The notes under the pieces are model-generated. The model made no database searches, was not told the DNA's origin, and was given only the letters and a program-made list of their open reading frames with translations. Position numbers and translations under genes: made by a program. A DNA stretch of 64,000 nt from Dehalococcoidia bacterium. Lineage in GTDB: Bacteria; Chloroflexota; Dehalococcoidia; Bin125. How positions within the stretch are numbered: position 1 is the first letter of the stretch; each line of letters begins with the position of its first letter. The DNA is taken from positions 512,001-576,000 of the forward strand of contig CAXXRD010000002.1 in NCBI GenBank assembly GCA_963663895.2, in the 5' to 3' direction. Positions 39,440 through 49,431 of the stretch are shown here, piece after piece.

Positions 39440-39649
39440 AGTCTCTCGCTCTTGGAGGCGTTCCGCTCAGTGCGCCCGACCCGCGCGCTCCAGTCGCGGG
39501 TAGCCATATGATCTACAGCCTAGCAGAGGGGACGCGCAAGACCGGGACGGGGTAGTGCGCCCGGCGGCAGGGCCCCAAAAGCATGCGGAACTCTTGAAGA
39601 GCGCAACTCGTGGGTGACTCGGAAGGCTCCATCGGCCTTCCAACCGATC

Positions 39650-40861
39650 TCAATAGGCTGTCTCCAGGATCTGCGCCACCACCTCTTCCGTCACGGGGCG
39701 CGGGTTGGTGGCAACGACCATATCCTCCAACGCGTCGTGGACGATCCCGGGGAAGTCCTCCTTGGTGACCCCGACCTCGGAGAGGCGAGTCGGCACTTCC
39801 AGCTCTTGGATGAAAGCGCGCAGCGAACCGATAAAGGCTCGCGCGGCGTCATCGACGCTCATGTCCCGGGTATCGACGGCGAAGGCCTCGGCCAGGCTCG
39901 CCTGACGATCTTTCACGACCGGGAAGTTGTAGTCCATGACGTGCGGAAGCATGATGCACGAGGTGACGCCATGGGGGACGTCGCAACGGGCCCCAAGCTG
40001 GTGGCCGATGCCGTGGCTGAGGCCGACCATCACGTTGAGCAGGCCGAAGAGGCTCATCCAGCAGGCCATCTGACAACGGCCACGGGAGCCGATGTCTTCG
40101 GGGTTCCTGGAAGCATTGGGGAGCTCCTGCGCGAGGATCGTCAGCGCGTCCTTGGAGAGCGCATCGACGAAGGGCATGTGGGCCTGGGAGACGTAGGCTT
40201 CGACGCAATGGTCGACGGCGCGCATTCCGGTCGACGCCCAGAGCCAGCCGGGCGTATGCACGGCCAGGGTTGGGTCGAGGTAGGCCGCGACCGGCATCAG
40301 TGGCGGGTGCAAGTAGATCTCTTTGACTTGGCGCTTGCTGTCGGTCATGCCGGCGATGTTGGTGAACTCGCCGGCAGAGAGGGTGGTGGAGATCGTAATG
40401 TGCTTGGGAACGCGCGCGGGGTGCTTGAGCGAGGGAAATTCGACCTTGTCGGGGTACTCAAACTTCGTGCTGTAGTCGTCACACTGATCGAGCGTCGTGA
40501 TCTCCTCGGCCATGCACATGGCCACGGCCTTGGCGCAATCGATGGGACTGCCGCCGCCCACGCTCACGAGGAAGTCGGCTCCCGCGCTGCGGGCTTCCTC
40601 TGCCGCCTGCAGAACCGACTCACGGTGGACGTGTTGCGAGACGGCGTGGAAGACCCCCACGGCTTTGTCGCCAAGAACGCCCTGCACGCGATCGACGACG
40701 TTGGTCTTGGTCGCCAGGCTGTTGCTGGCAACGATGAAGACTTTGCGGCCGTCATGGGCCTCCACATCCTCGGCCAGGAAGTTCAGGCAATCGGGACCGT
40801 AACGGACGCGTTCCATCGACGGGATTTCGAAGGTTCCTGCGAGTGCTTCGGCCTGTGACAT
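39650..40861 (-). CDS. Iron-containing alcohol dehydrogenase family protein
   Basis: VGGGSPIDCAK, TTLSAGE, RAVDHCVE, LSHGIGHQLGA...PHG metal ligands. Confidence 0.92.
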   Translation of the reverse strand: MSQAEALAGTFEIPSMERVRYGPDCLNFLAEDVEAHDGRKVFIVASNSLATKTNVVDRVQGVLGDKAVGVFHAVSQHVHRESVLQAAEEARSAGADFLVSVGGGSPIDCAKAVAMCMAEEITTLDQCDDYSTKFEYPDKVEFPSLKHPARVPKHITISTTLSAGEFTNIAGMTDSKRQVKEIYLHPPLMPVAAYLDPTLAVHTPGWLWASTGMRAVDHCVEAYVSQAHMPFVDALSKDALTILAQELPNASRNPEDIGSRGRCQMACWMSLFGLLNVMVGLSHGIGHQLGARCDVPHGVTSCIMLPHVMDYNFPVVKDRQASLAEAFAVDTRDMSVDDAARAFIGSLRAFIQELEVPTRLSEVGVTKEDFPGIVHDALEDMVVATNPRPVTEEVVAQILETAY

Positions 40862-40954
40862 GGCTGTCCTTTCCCCGGACCCCCGCTGGCGTGGCGCGCG
40901 GCCGAGCGTACGAGCGGCCCAGAAGACCGTCAAGAAACCGCTGGCTGTGGCTGG

Positions 40955-40990
40955 CCGGCTCGATCCGAATCACCGGCTCGATCCGAATCA
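40955..40990. repeat. 18-bp tandem direct repeat (x2)
   Basis: ccggctcgatccgaatca is repeated exactly twice in an intergenic position. Confidence 0.9.
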
Positions 40991-40997
40991 GGAGAAG

Positions 40998-42299
40998 CTA
41001 AGCGCCGCTCGCGTCCAGCGTGGTGTCGACACCGGCGACGGTCACCGTCGGGAAAGCGCCGAGGATGGAGAACCAAAAGGTTGTCCGCGCAGGCAGCGCA
41101 ACGAGCTGCGACGCCGCAAGCGGGCCTTCCAGGGCGAAGCCCGATCGGTTCCAGCGCGTGCCGGTTTCCCTATCGACGAAGGCGCCATCCTCAAGCACGA
41201 ACGTCAGCCGCCTTCCGTCCACGCGGGGATCGAAGGCGGCGCCGTAGCGAGATGGCGAGTCGATGAAGATGACGAGCGGCTGGCCGGCCAGGGCGTCGTT
41301 GATCGCAAGGCTGCCAAGCGACTGCAGGGGATAGGCGCGCGGCTCGCTCTCAATCTCCACGACGAGCGCCAGCTCCGAGATCGGGAGGCGACCGTCCGCG
41401 AGCGTTTCCTCATCAATGAGGAACGGTGGACGGGCAGTGGATTCGCCCGCGCCGGAAAGGAGGGAGGCCACGTCTGTGCCGTAGGGACGATCGAAGCCAG
41501 TATCGTCGCTGAGGACGAGGGTGTCGGGGTGCTCGGCGAGCCAAGCTTGCCACTCCGTGGTGATGGATGCGAGGGGAGTGAGCCGCTGACCGGTGCGCGC
41601 ACCCACGACCGCTTCTCCCGCCACCTGGAACCAATAGGAGATGGCTTCGAGGTCGCGGTCGAACATGACGAGGTCGTTCTCAAAGAGCGCGCCGGTGTTG
41701 CCGAAGGTGAGAACCTCGCCGGCCAGCACACGCTCGTACACGAGGCCGGTGCGACAGAGGGTGCAGTAGGCGATGAGGACGGGCCGGCCGGCCAAGGTCT
41801 CGTTCACAATCCCGTGGAAGTTAAGAATGGAAATCGGATAGGCGTACGCCTGTCCGTCGTCCGCGACATAGCCGATGATCAGCTGCGTGTCCCAGAGGTA
41901 GTCGGCGGCCGCCGCTTGAGCGGCGGTGCGGTAGCGCACCGTGCCGACGCGATCCTGCTCCGCGGGAGAGAGCAGCGCACGGTTGGCATCGAGCGGTGGA
42001 ATGGCATCGACGATGCTCAGGACCGTTGCCTCATCGGCTTCCGCCAGGGTGACGGCGGTGAGGTCGAAGAGGTCGAAAACGATATCGACGAGTTCGACGC
42101 TGCGGAGAGAAGTGTCCAGTCCGGCGATGACGCCCCGGTCGGTTGCAAGCGAGGAGGCGCCGAGATCGGCAGCGCCTGCGTCTTCTGGTCCGGAAGAGGC
42201 GTCCGCGGGGACCGGGACGGCGGGCTCGCCGCCGCCGGAGCAGGCGGCCACGCCGAGGGCGAGCAAGGCTCCCGCCACGATCACGACAGGAAATGGCAT
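40998..42299 (-). CDS. DUF3179 domain lipoprotein
   Basis: Lipobox LGVAAC; DAIPPL, AYPISILNFHGIVN, YCTLC, DLVMFDR, FWFS. Confidence 0.88.
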   Translation of the reverse strand: MPFPVVIVAGALLALGVAACSGGGEPAVPVPADASSGPEDAGAADLGASSLATDRGVIAGLDTSLRSVELVDIVFDLFDLTAVTLAEADEATVLSIVDAIPPLDANRALLSPAEQDRVGTVRYRTAAQAAAADYLWDTQLIIGYVADDGQAYAYPISILNFHGIVNETLAGRPVLIAYCTLCRTGLVYERVLAGEVLTFGNTGALFENDLVMFDRDLEAISYWFQVAGEAVVGARTGQRLTPLASITTEWQAWLAEHPDTLVLSDDTGFDRPYGTDVASLLSGAGESTARPPFLIDEETLADGRLPISELALVVEIESEPRAYPLQSLGSLAINDALAGQPLVIFIDSPSRYGAAFDPRVDGRRLTFVLEDGAFVDRETGTRWNRSGFALEGPLAASQLVALPARTTFWFSILGAFPTVTVAGVDTTLDASGA

Positions 42300-42378
42300 G
42301 CGAGGGAATGGGCGCACTGGTCCGCTCCAGCTCAGTCGCACTCTGAGCATACGCCTGATCGCCTGCCGGATTCGAGCG

Positions 42379-42972
42379 TTAGCGTCCCGGAGAATGGGAC
42401 TTGGTGAGCTGCTCGGAGCGGCGCTCCAGCGTCGTGATCGCGTCGACGCGGTTGTACATCCAGAGCGCGAGGGGTTCGGTGACCTGGGGCAGATTGACGA
42501 GGTAGGCGGCGAGAAGCCACAGTCCACCGGCCCACCAACCAAGGCCGAAAAAGTACAGGGCGCGCACGTACGGTCGCTCGCGCACCTCTTGCTCGCGCTC
42601 GCTCGGGGTGACGGGCCCAGCGATCCGTTGCGAGGGATGGGCCAACCGCATGACGCGCGGGAGCTGCTGGAGCGCCCAGGGCCGGAAGATGTAGCCCACG
42701 GCGGTGAAGTTGAGGATCGCCGTGGCAGCGATGAGCAGTAAGCCACCCCACGAGCCGACGAAGATGAGCCACAGCAGCCGGACGGTGAAGGGATACGGCT
42801 GCGGCGCCGTTTCGACGATGACGCGCCGCGCCGTTTCGTCGACGTGGATCGAGGTGGGCGCGCCGTCCGCGGCCCGCGCCCGGCTCGAAGCCGGCGAGGC
42901 GGCGGAAGCGCCGCCAGCAGACTCGCTTGCGGGCGGCGGTTCGGATTCGGGAAGTTCCGAATCGGGCATCAT
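42379..42972 (-). CDS. YccF-like membrane protein (two repeats)
   Basis: Two repeats VRLLWLIFVGSW.../VRALYFFGLGWW..., each with a TM pair. Confidence 0.7.
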   Translation of the reverse strand: MMPDSELPESEPPPASESAGGASAASPASSRARAADGAPTSIHVDETARRVIVETAPQPYPFTVRLLWLIFVGSWGGLLLIAATAILNFTAVGYIFRPWALQQLPRVMRLAHPSQRIAGPVTPSEREQEVRERPYVRALYFFGLGWWAGGLWLLAAYLVNLPQVTEPLALWMYNRVDAITTLERRSEQLTKSHSPGR

Positions 42973-43152
42973 GCAAGATCTCCCATCGGCGCAGCGGCAG
43001 TCTATGGGAAGAGCGAGACCCCCTCAACGCCGAACAAGACCAGGGATGGAAGCGTCCGAGCCCCACTGGGCGGTGGGCTCTGTTAGCGTTGGCGCTGGTA
43101 ACGTTGGCATGGGGGTTAGGCCGCGCGCCGGGCGCGGATGTGAGTCTTGCCG

Positions 43153-44331
43153 ATGCTGTTGCGCAACCTGCGGCTGATCGACGGCACGGGCGCGCTCCAT
43201 GCGCGAGTCGACGTGCGCATCCGCGACGGACGCTTTCAGGCGATCGCGCCGGATCTGCCGAAGGACGACGAACCCGTCATCGATCTGAGCGGTTCGACGG
43301 CGATCCCGGGTCTGATCGACGCGCACACCCACTTGAGCCTCAACGCCGCGCCTAGCGCGATCGAAGACGCGGCCGAGCAGCCGCACCCCTACCAGGCCCT
43401 ACTCACGGCAAAGCGCGCCGCCGCGCTGTTGCGGTACGGCGTAACGACCGCGCGCGACGTGGGCGGCGTGCCGTCGGTCATCTTCGCGGTGCGGGACGCG
43501 ATCGCCCAGGGCCATCTGGAGGGCCCGCGGATTATCGCGGCCGGACATTGGCTCACCGTTACCGGCGGACACGGCTGGATGATCGCGGTCGAGGTGGACG
43601 GGGTGGACGCCTTGCGCCGGGCCGTGCGGGCGGAGGTCAAGGCCGGGTCGGACATGATCAAGCTGATGGCGAGCGGCGGCGTAGTGGGCGCGGGGCTGGG
43701 ACCGCACGCCGTGCAGTTCTCGGAAGAGGAGATGCGGGTCGCGGCAGATGAGGCGCATGGAGCAGGACTGAAGATCGCGGCGCACGCGCACGGCACGGGC
43801 AGCATCGGCAACGCCGTCCGGGGCGGGGTGGATACTGTGGAGCACGGCTCGTTTCTCACGGAGGAGCTGGCGGACGCGATGATCACACGGGGCACCCATC
43901 TGACGCCCACGCTGGCGGTGATGGGGTTCATCCTCGCTCGTCCGGATGAGGCGGGGATGACGGAGGAGACCATGACGCGGGCGCGGGCGGTGAGCGACTC
44001 GCACCGCGCCGCGATCACGATGGCGTACGGGATGGGGGTACCGCTGGTGGCAGGGACGGACATGGGCGCGCCGTTTACCGGTCCAGACGCGCTCCACCAA
44101 GAGATCGTGGAGCTGGGAACGATCGGCTGCTCGCCCATGGAGGCGATCCAGGCGGCGACGAGCAACGCGGCGCGGGCGATGGGCCTGGAGGAGGCGATCG
44201 GCAGCGTGCAGCCAGGGCGGCGCGCGGACCTCGTCGTGCTGAGCGAGGATCCCCTGGACGATCTATCGGCGACGCGGTCGATTCGCTACGTGTTCAAAGA
44301 CGGCCGGGTGGCGTGGAGACAGGCGGATTAG
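43153..44331 (+). CDS. Amidohydrolase family protein (metal-dependent, Xaa-Pro dipeptidase-like)
   Basis: PGLIDAHTH, IKLMASGG, AAHAH, EHG, AGTD. Confidence 0.93.
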   Translation: MLLRNLRLIDGTGALHARVDVRIRDGRFQAIAPDLPKDDEPVIDLSGSTAIPGLIDAHTHLSLNAAPSAIEDAAEQPHPYQALLTAKRAAALLRYGVTTARDVGGVPSVIFAVRDAIAQGHLEGPRIIAAGHWLTVTGGHGWMIAVEVDGVDALRRAVRAEVKAGSDMIKLMASGGVVGAGLGPHAVQFSEEEMRVAADEAHGAGLKIAAHAHGTGSIGNAVRGGVDTVEHGSFLTEELADAMITRGTHLTPTLAVMGFILARPDEAGMTEETMTRARAVSDSHRAAITMAYGMGVPLVAGTDMGAPFTGPDALHQEIVELGTIGCSPMEAIQAATSNAARAMGLEEAIGSVQPGRRADLVVLSEDPLDDLSATRSIRYVFKDGRVAWRQAD

Positions 44332-44354
44332 GGCGTCTGGCGGAAGGAACAGGG

Positions 44355-45566
44355 ATGAAAGCGCCACTGGAGGGCATCCGCGTGCTCGAGGTCGCGAACT
44401 GGCTAGTGGCGCCGTGCACCGCGGCGCTGATGGTCGACATGGGAGCGGAGGCGATCAAAGTCGAGCCGCCGGGCGGCGACGCCTTGCGCGGCTTCGACAT
44501 GAACACGCTCGGATACGACTACGACTTCAAAGGCAGCTACGTATTTGAGCTGGACAATCGAGGCAAGCGCTCGATCACGGTGGACCTCGAGAAGCCCGGC
44601 GGGATCGAGCTGGTGCAGCGGCTCGCGCAGGATGTGGATGTCTTCGTGACGAATCTGATCCAGTCGAGGCGGGAACGGTACCGGCTGACGCCCGCAGCGA
44701 TCCACGCGATCAACCCGACGGCGGTATACGCATCGTTCTCGGGATATGGGACACGAGGGCCCGACGCGGCGCGGCCGGGCTTCGACTACGCCGCCTTCTG
44801 GGCGCGGAGCGGCGTCATGCGCGCGCTGACGCTTCCCGACTCGCCGCCGCCGCTCTGCAGACCAGGCCAGGGAGACCACACCACCACCCTCAACCTCCTG
44901 GCGGGAGTCTTGGCCGCGCTGCGCCTGCGCGACGCGACGGGAGAGGGACAAGTCGTCGACGCCACGCTGCTAGGCACGGGCATGTGGACCGTGGGGACGG
45001 ACCTGGCGTCGGTACTGGTGGCGCGGCAGCAGCCGCCTCCGCACGACCATGCCGCGCCGGGTAACCCATTGCACAACGCCTACGAGTGCTCCGACGGGAG
45101 GTGGGTTCAGCTGGTCATGCCGCAGCCGGACCGCTTCTGGGCACGGGTCTGCACCATGCTGGGACTGCACGAGTGGGCGGAGGACGAGCGTTACGACTCC
45201 ATCCCCAAACGCCAGGAGCACACGCAGGTGCTGACGCGCGGCATCGCGGAGAGGTTCCGGCAGCACGACTTCGCCTATTGGCGGGAGCAGTTGGACGCGT
45301 TCGGGTTAATCTGGGCGCCCGTCTCGACGTTGCCCGATCTGATCGACGACCCGCAGGTGCGCGAGATGGAGATCTTCGCGGAGATCGAGCACCCGGAGCT
45401 GGGACGGTTCGAGACGATGAATACCCCCTTTCAGATCGCGGGGGCGGAGATCGGCGTGCGGGGCCCCGCCCCCGCGGCCGGAGAGCACACGGCCGCGGTC
45501 GTGCGCGAGGCGGGGCTCAGCGACGACGAGATCGCGGAGCTCGCCGCGAACGGGGTGTTCGGCTGA
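44355..45566 (+). CDS. Family III CoA-transferase (CaiB/BaiF)
   Basis: PLEGIRVLE, GAEAIKVEPPGGD, NRGKRSI, PGQGDH, APAAGEHT. Confidence 0.93.
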   Translation: MKAPLEGIRVLEVANWLVAPCTAALMVDMGAEAIKVEPPGGDALRGFDMNTLGYDYDFKGSYVFELDNRGKRSITVDLEKPGGIELVQRLAQDVDVFVTNLIQSRRERYRLTPAAIHAINPTAVYASFSGYGTRGPDAARPGFDYAAFWARSGVMRALTLPDSPPPLCRPGQGDHTTTLNLLAGVLAALRLRDATGEGQVVDATLLGTGMWTVGTDLASVLVARQQPPPHDHAAPGNPLHNAYECSDGRWVQLVMPQPDRFWARVCTMLGLHEWAEDERYDSIPKRQEHTQVLTRGIAERFRQHDFAYWREQLDAFGLIWAPVSTLPDLIDDPQVREMEIFAEIEHPELGRFETMNTPFQIAGAEIGVRGPAPAAGEHTAAVVREAGLSDDEIAELAANGVFG

Positions 45567-45576
45567 CCGAGGCCCG

Positions 45577-46806
45577 TTAGCCGCGGCGCCGGAGAAGCAT
45601 GACCCCGAGCGCCCCGGCCAGCACGAGGATCAGGACACCGCCGATTGGGGCGATGACCAACCAGGCGTCGAAGCCGTCCCCCTGCGATGACCGGGAGTCG
45701 AAGAGCGTGAGATCGATGCGCGCATCGGGCTCGGCGGGAGGCACGGCGTCGGACGGCGGCTCACCGCTGACCTGAATCTCCTTGGACTCGACGTCGCCCT
45801 CACGCTCAAGCGCGGCGAGCGTGGCGTCGAACGCGGCCCTTGGGACCCGGAGATGCGCTTGCGCATGCGTATCGTCGCCGGCCACCGAGAGGATCACGCG
45901 ATCGACGACGCCCCCCGTGGTCCCGACGAGCGTGCGCACGCTGGACAGCGCGCGCTGCACATCGTCAACGGCGACATGGAGGTAGCCGGAAGGCGGCTCG
46001 ACGAAGGGCGTGTCGGGCGGGAAGAGCGAGACGGTGATGCTCGAGAGCGCGACGCGGTTGCCGAGGTAGTTGATCTGGCCTTGGAGCCGCTCGATTTCGG
46101 CACGGACACGGCCGAGCTCGCGCTCGATGACCAAGAGATCGGCGACCGTCTCCGCGCTGTCGAGCAGTTCGACGAGGCGCGCTTCCTCGTGGGTGGCGCT
46201 GCGGAGCCGCGCCTCAAGATCGATGAATTGCTCGGTGACGTCGTCGCTCGACACGAACTCGTCGCGCACCTCGCCGAGGGCGCCGATGCGATCGAGGATC
46301 GTGAAGAATTGCTCTCGCGGGACGCGAATGGTGAGCGTAGCGAACTGATCCGGGCCCTCACCCGTGCGCGAGAGCTGCTCGACGAACCCGCCCGAGGATT
46401 CGGCGATCGCACGGACCTGATCGACCGCCACGGGTACGTCCTCGACGCTGACGGAGACGTTCCCGTTGTGGATAACCATTCGGTCGACGGCTTGCGCGGC
46501 GTTGGGAGAGCGCGGCGGTTCGCCCGGCACGCCTCCGGCCGAGGCCGTCGCAACGGTCTCTCCAGCAACGCTGGCGGCGGGCGCGGCGAAGGCTTCCTCC
46601 ACGGACTCGTCGAAGTCCGCGGGCACTTCGAGGGCAAAGTCCGCCTCTTGCATCGATTCCTGTGCGAAGGAGTCGTCGACGATCGTGAAGGCTTCGCCGT
46701 CGCTGAAGGGGGAACGGCCGGAATCGCTCCCGTCGCTGCCGCAGGCGACGAGGGCAAGAGAGGCGAGCAAGGCCACTAAAACAAGGAGAGGCAATCGAAC
46801 GCTCAT
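45577..46806 (-). CDS. DUF4349 domain lipoprotein
   Basis: Lipobox LALVAC; DRMVIHNG, TLTIRVP, DVTEQFIDLEARL, EIERLQGQ; C-terminal TM. Confidence 0.88.
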   Translation of the reverse strand: MSVRLPLLVLVALLASLALVACGSDGSDSGRSPFSDGEAFTIVDDSFAQESMQEADFALEVPADFDESVEEAFAAPAASVAGETVATASAGGVPGEPPRSPNAAQAVDRMVIHNGNVSVSVEDVPVAVDQVRAIAESSGGFVEQLSRTGEGPDQFATLTIRVPREQFFTILDRIGALGEVRDEFVSSDDVTEQFIDLEARLRSATHEEARLVELLDSAETVADLLVIERELGRVRAEIERLQGQINYLGNRVALSSITVSLFPPDTPFVEPPSGYLHVAVDDVQRALSSVRTLVGTTGGVVDRVILSVAGDDTHAQAHLRVPRAAFDATLAALEREGDVESKEIQVSGEPPSDAVPPAEPDARIDLTLFDSRSSQGDGFDAWLVIAPIGGVLILVLAGALGVMLLRRRG

Positions 46807-46827
46807 TGATCAGACCTCCACCAACCA

Positions 46828-46854
46828 AGACGACCGTGCCTGAGAGGAAGTTCC
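46828..46854 (-). promoter_or_regulatory. Putative ECF sigma factor promoter for the DUF4349 gene
   Basis: The minus strand reads GGAAC-N17-CGTCT about 20 nt upstream of the start codon, followed by a GGAGG RBS. Confidence 0.55.
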
Positions 46855-47142
46855 GAACGATCCGCTGCCGAGCCGGAAAATACAGAACCGGCCGCAGCGG
46901 AGGGAGCGGATTCGATCGGTCGCAACCTGCGCACACACCCGCGCGCACTCGTCCTCGGCGCAAGAGGTAGGGCCAGTGCACAGGCCGGTCCGTGTCCCTC
47001 TTCCAGCGCGAAACGGCGGGCGTCGAGCGGAAGCCACGCGGGTGGCGGCGCAGGAAGGGAAAGAGCGCGCCCAACCCGGTCGAGCATCGCGAGAGGCGCC
47101 GGCAAGGGTGCGCGCACCAGCACGGGCGGATGGCGCGGCGTG

Positions 47143-48135
47143 CTAATCCCTGAGCCGCACGAGCGTGCGTCCGCGGATCTCGCCCTTGAGAATTTTGGCG
47201 GTGGCGCCGATCACGCCCTCAAGCGTGATCTCCTCAGCGATGGTCTCCAGCAGCCCCGCCGGCTTGAGATCGGCGCCGAGACGGCGCCAGAGCTCCTCGC
47301 GGACGGGCATGGACGCATAGACGGAGTCGATGCCGACGAGCTTGACGCCGCGCAGGATGAACGGGAAAACGGTGGTACCGATGGCCGTACCGCCCGTGAG
47401 ACCGGAGAGCGCAACCACACCCCCGGGCCGTGTGGTGCGGAGTAGGTAGGCCGTGGTGCTGCCCCCCACGGGGTCGACCGCGCCGGCCCAACGAGCCTTT
47501 TCCATGGGCCTGCCGCTTTCCACGCTGACCTCCTCACGGCTGAGGATCTCGGCAGCGCCGATGCTGCGGAGGAAGGCGTGCTGGCCGTCCTTCCCGGTGC
47601 TGGCCGCGACCGTGTAGCCGAGCCCGGCCAGCATGGCGACAGCGGTGCTGCCCACGCCACCCGTCGCGCCGGTGACGAGCACGGGGCCGGAGTCCGGCCC
47701 GATGCCGTTGCGCTCGAATTCGTATACCGAAAGGGCGGCGGTGAACCCAGCCGTGCCGAGGGCCATCGCCTCCTGGGCGTCGAGCCCGTCCGGCAGGTGG
47801 ACGAGCCAGTCAGCAGGCACACGCGCGAGCTCCGCGAACCCGCCCGGGTGTCCGACCCCGAGATCGTAGCCGGTGACGAGGACGCCGTCCCCTTCGTTGA
47901 AGCGGCCATCGCTGGACGCGATCACGCTGCCGGCGAGGTCGATGCCGGGGGTCATGGGATAGCTGCTGATGACGCGGCCATCGCGGATGCAGGCAAGGCC
48001 GTCTTTGAAGTTGATGTCCGACCATTCAACGCGAACGGTGACCTCTCCCTCAGGAAGACGGGACTCGTCCAGCTCGGCGACCTCCGCGCTGAAGGAGTCT
48101 TCGCTCTTGTCCACGACGAAGGCTCGAAAGCTCAC
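47143..48135 (-). CDS. Acryloyl-CoA reductase AcuI/YhdH family MDR oxidoreductase
   Basis: INFKDGLA, PGIDLAG, AMALGTAGFTA, VTGATGGVGS, PFILRGVKLVGIDS, GRTLV. Confidence 0.9.
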   Translation of the reverse strand: MSFRAFVVDKSEDSFSAEVAELDESRLPEGEVTVRVEWSDINFKDGLACIRDGRVISSYPMTPGIDLAGSVIASSDGRFNEGDGVLVTGYDLGVGHPGGFAELARVPADWLVHLPDGLDAQEAMALGTAGFTAALSVYEFERNGIGPDSGPVLVTGATGGVGSTAVAMLAGLGYTVAASTGKDGQHAFLRSIGAAEILSREEVSVESGRPMEKARWAGAVDPVGGSTTAYLLRTTRPGGVVALSGLTGGTAIGTTVFPFILRGVKLVGIDSVYASMPVREELWRRLGADLKPAGLLETIAEEITLEGVIGATAKILKGEIRGRTLVRLRD

Positions 48136-48330
48136 GCGTCGCTCCTTTCGAACGATGTGCGCAACACGAAAGAGCGGCCTCAGGGCCGCTTGCGACTCTA
48201 CTGCACGGAATGGAGAGCGTCACCAGTGGTGCCCTTCGCGCTCGCAAGCCGCAGGCGGTGCGGACGCCGTCCTGCGGCGCGAGCGAGCGGCTGCGGTACG
48301 TATACTCAAGCGGAAGGGAAGGAATAGCCC

Positions 48331-49266
48331 GTGAGCGCCGAACCGGACGAACTCGATCGCCGAATCATTGCGGAACTGACGGCGGACCCGCGCCGTGCGT
48401 ATGCGGAGATAGGCAAGCAGCTGGGCGTATCCGGCGCCACGGTCTCGTCGCGAATCGAGCGATTGCGGCGGGAAGAGCTGCTGTCGTTCGAGGTGCGGCC
48501 GGACTTAGAGGCGTTCGGCCTCACGATCCAGATTTTGGCCGCCGTGGAAGTGAACCCGGCGGCGCTGGCGGACGTGACCGCGATGCTGCGCGCCGCGCCG
48601 AACGTGCTTCGGCTCGACCACATCACCGGCGGCTTCAACATCCACTTCATCGCCGCCTTCCGTGAAGAGGCCGAGGTCGGGGGGCTCCTGCGGCAGCTGC
48701 AAACCACCAGTGGCGTGCGGCGCGTCGTGGTGCAGCACGTCATGGAGACCGTGCGGCTCGCGGACGGTTGGGCAGCGGTGCTGGCACCCGCGGAGCAGCC
48801 GGATACCCCCGCATACGGGATGGTCCCCGGAGTGCAGGTGCCAGCGCACCTGGAGGGACACTTGCAGACCGCCGCCGCATGGATCTACGCCTACGTGGGC
48901 GGCGATCTCGAGCGGCTGCGGATGACGTCCCAGCCGGGCGTTGTGCTGGAGATCTTGCGCCCGCGGTCGGCGGCGGGAACGTTCGAAGGGGTGGAGGCAG
49001 TGGCCCGAGCCGGTGCACGCCTGCGGCAGGTCTACCGGCGGTGGTGGTACCGGATCGCGGCGGTACGGGAGGCCGATCCGCCGTTCACCGTGGTAGTGGA
49101 CGCGCTGAGTCCGGCCGAAGACTTCGAAGGCCATGTGACCACGGTCTTCTCCCGTAACGCTTTCACCATCGACGGTGATCGGGTCGCGCGGGTGACGAGC
49201 TTCGGCGCGATGCCCCTGGAGGATTCGACGGCGGCCCTGCCGCCCGAGGCCCATTCGCTCGAGTAA
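48331..49266 (+). CDS. Lrp/AsnC family transcriptional regulator with an extra C-terminal NTF2/SnoaL-like domain
   Basis: LDRRIIAELTADPRRAYAEIGKQLGVSGATVSSRIERL HTH, a RAM domain (ITGGFNI), then about 140 extra residues. Confidence 0.85.
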   Translation: MSAEPDELDRRIIAELTADPRRAYAEIGKQLGVSGATVSSRIERLRREELLSFEVRPDLEAFGLTIQILAAVEVNPAALADVTAMLRAAPNVLRLDHITGGFNIHFIAAFREEAEVGGLLRQLQTTSGVRRVVVQHVMETVRLADGWAAVLAPAEQPDTPAYGMVPGVQVPAHLEGHLQTAAAWIYAYVGGDLERLRMTSQPGVVLEILRPRSAAGTFEGVEAVARAGARLRQVYRRWWYRIAAVREADPPFTVVVDALSPAEDFEGHVTTVFSRNAFTIDGDRVARVTSFGAMPLEDSTAALPPEAHSLE

Positions 49267-49431
49267 GCAAGTGCGCCGGCAGGGCGCGCACCGGCCTCAC
49301 CACGATCACGGACCTCCCCGCCGTGCGTCCGTGGGAGCCGCGGCGTCGTACTGTTGCATGACGGTGGTGCGTGACGAAGTCTCCACGCGCCTGCGATCGG
49401 GTCGCGTGCACGCGAGCGGAGGGGATTGCCG

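Noticed and set aside
46807-47142. Structured ncRNA such as RNase P (gaggaagttccg, acagaaccggc, GNRA-like loops)
   Set aside because: The motifs deviate from the RNase P consensus and their spacing is wrong. An Rfam/Infernal scan would be needed.
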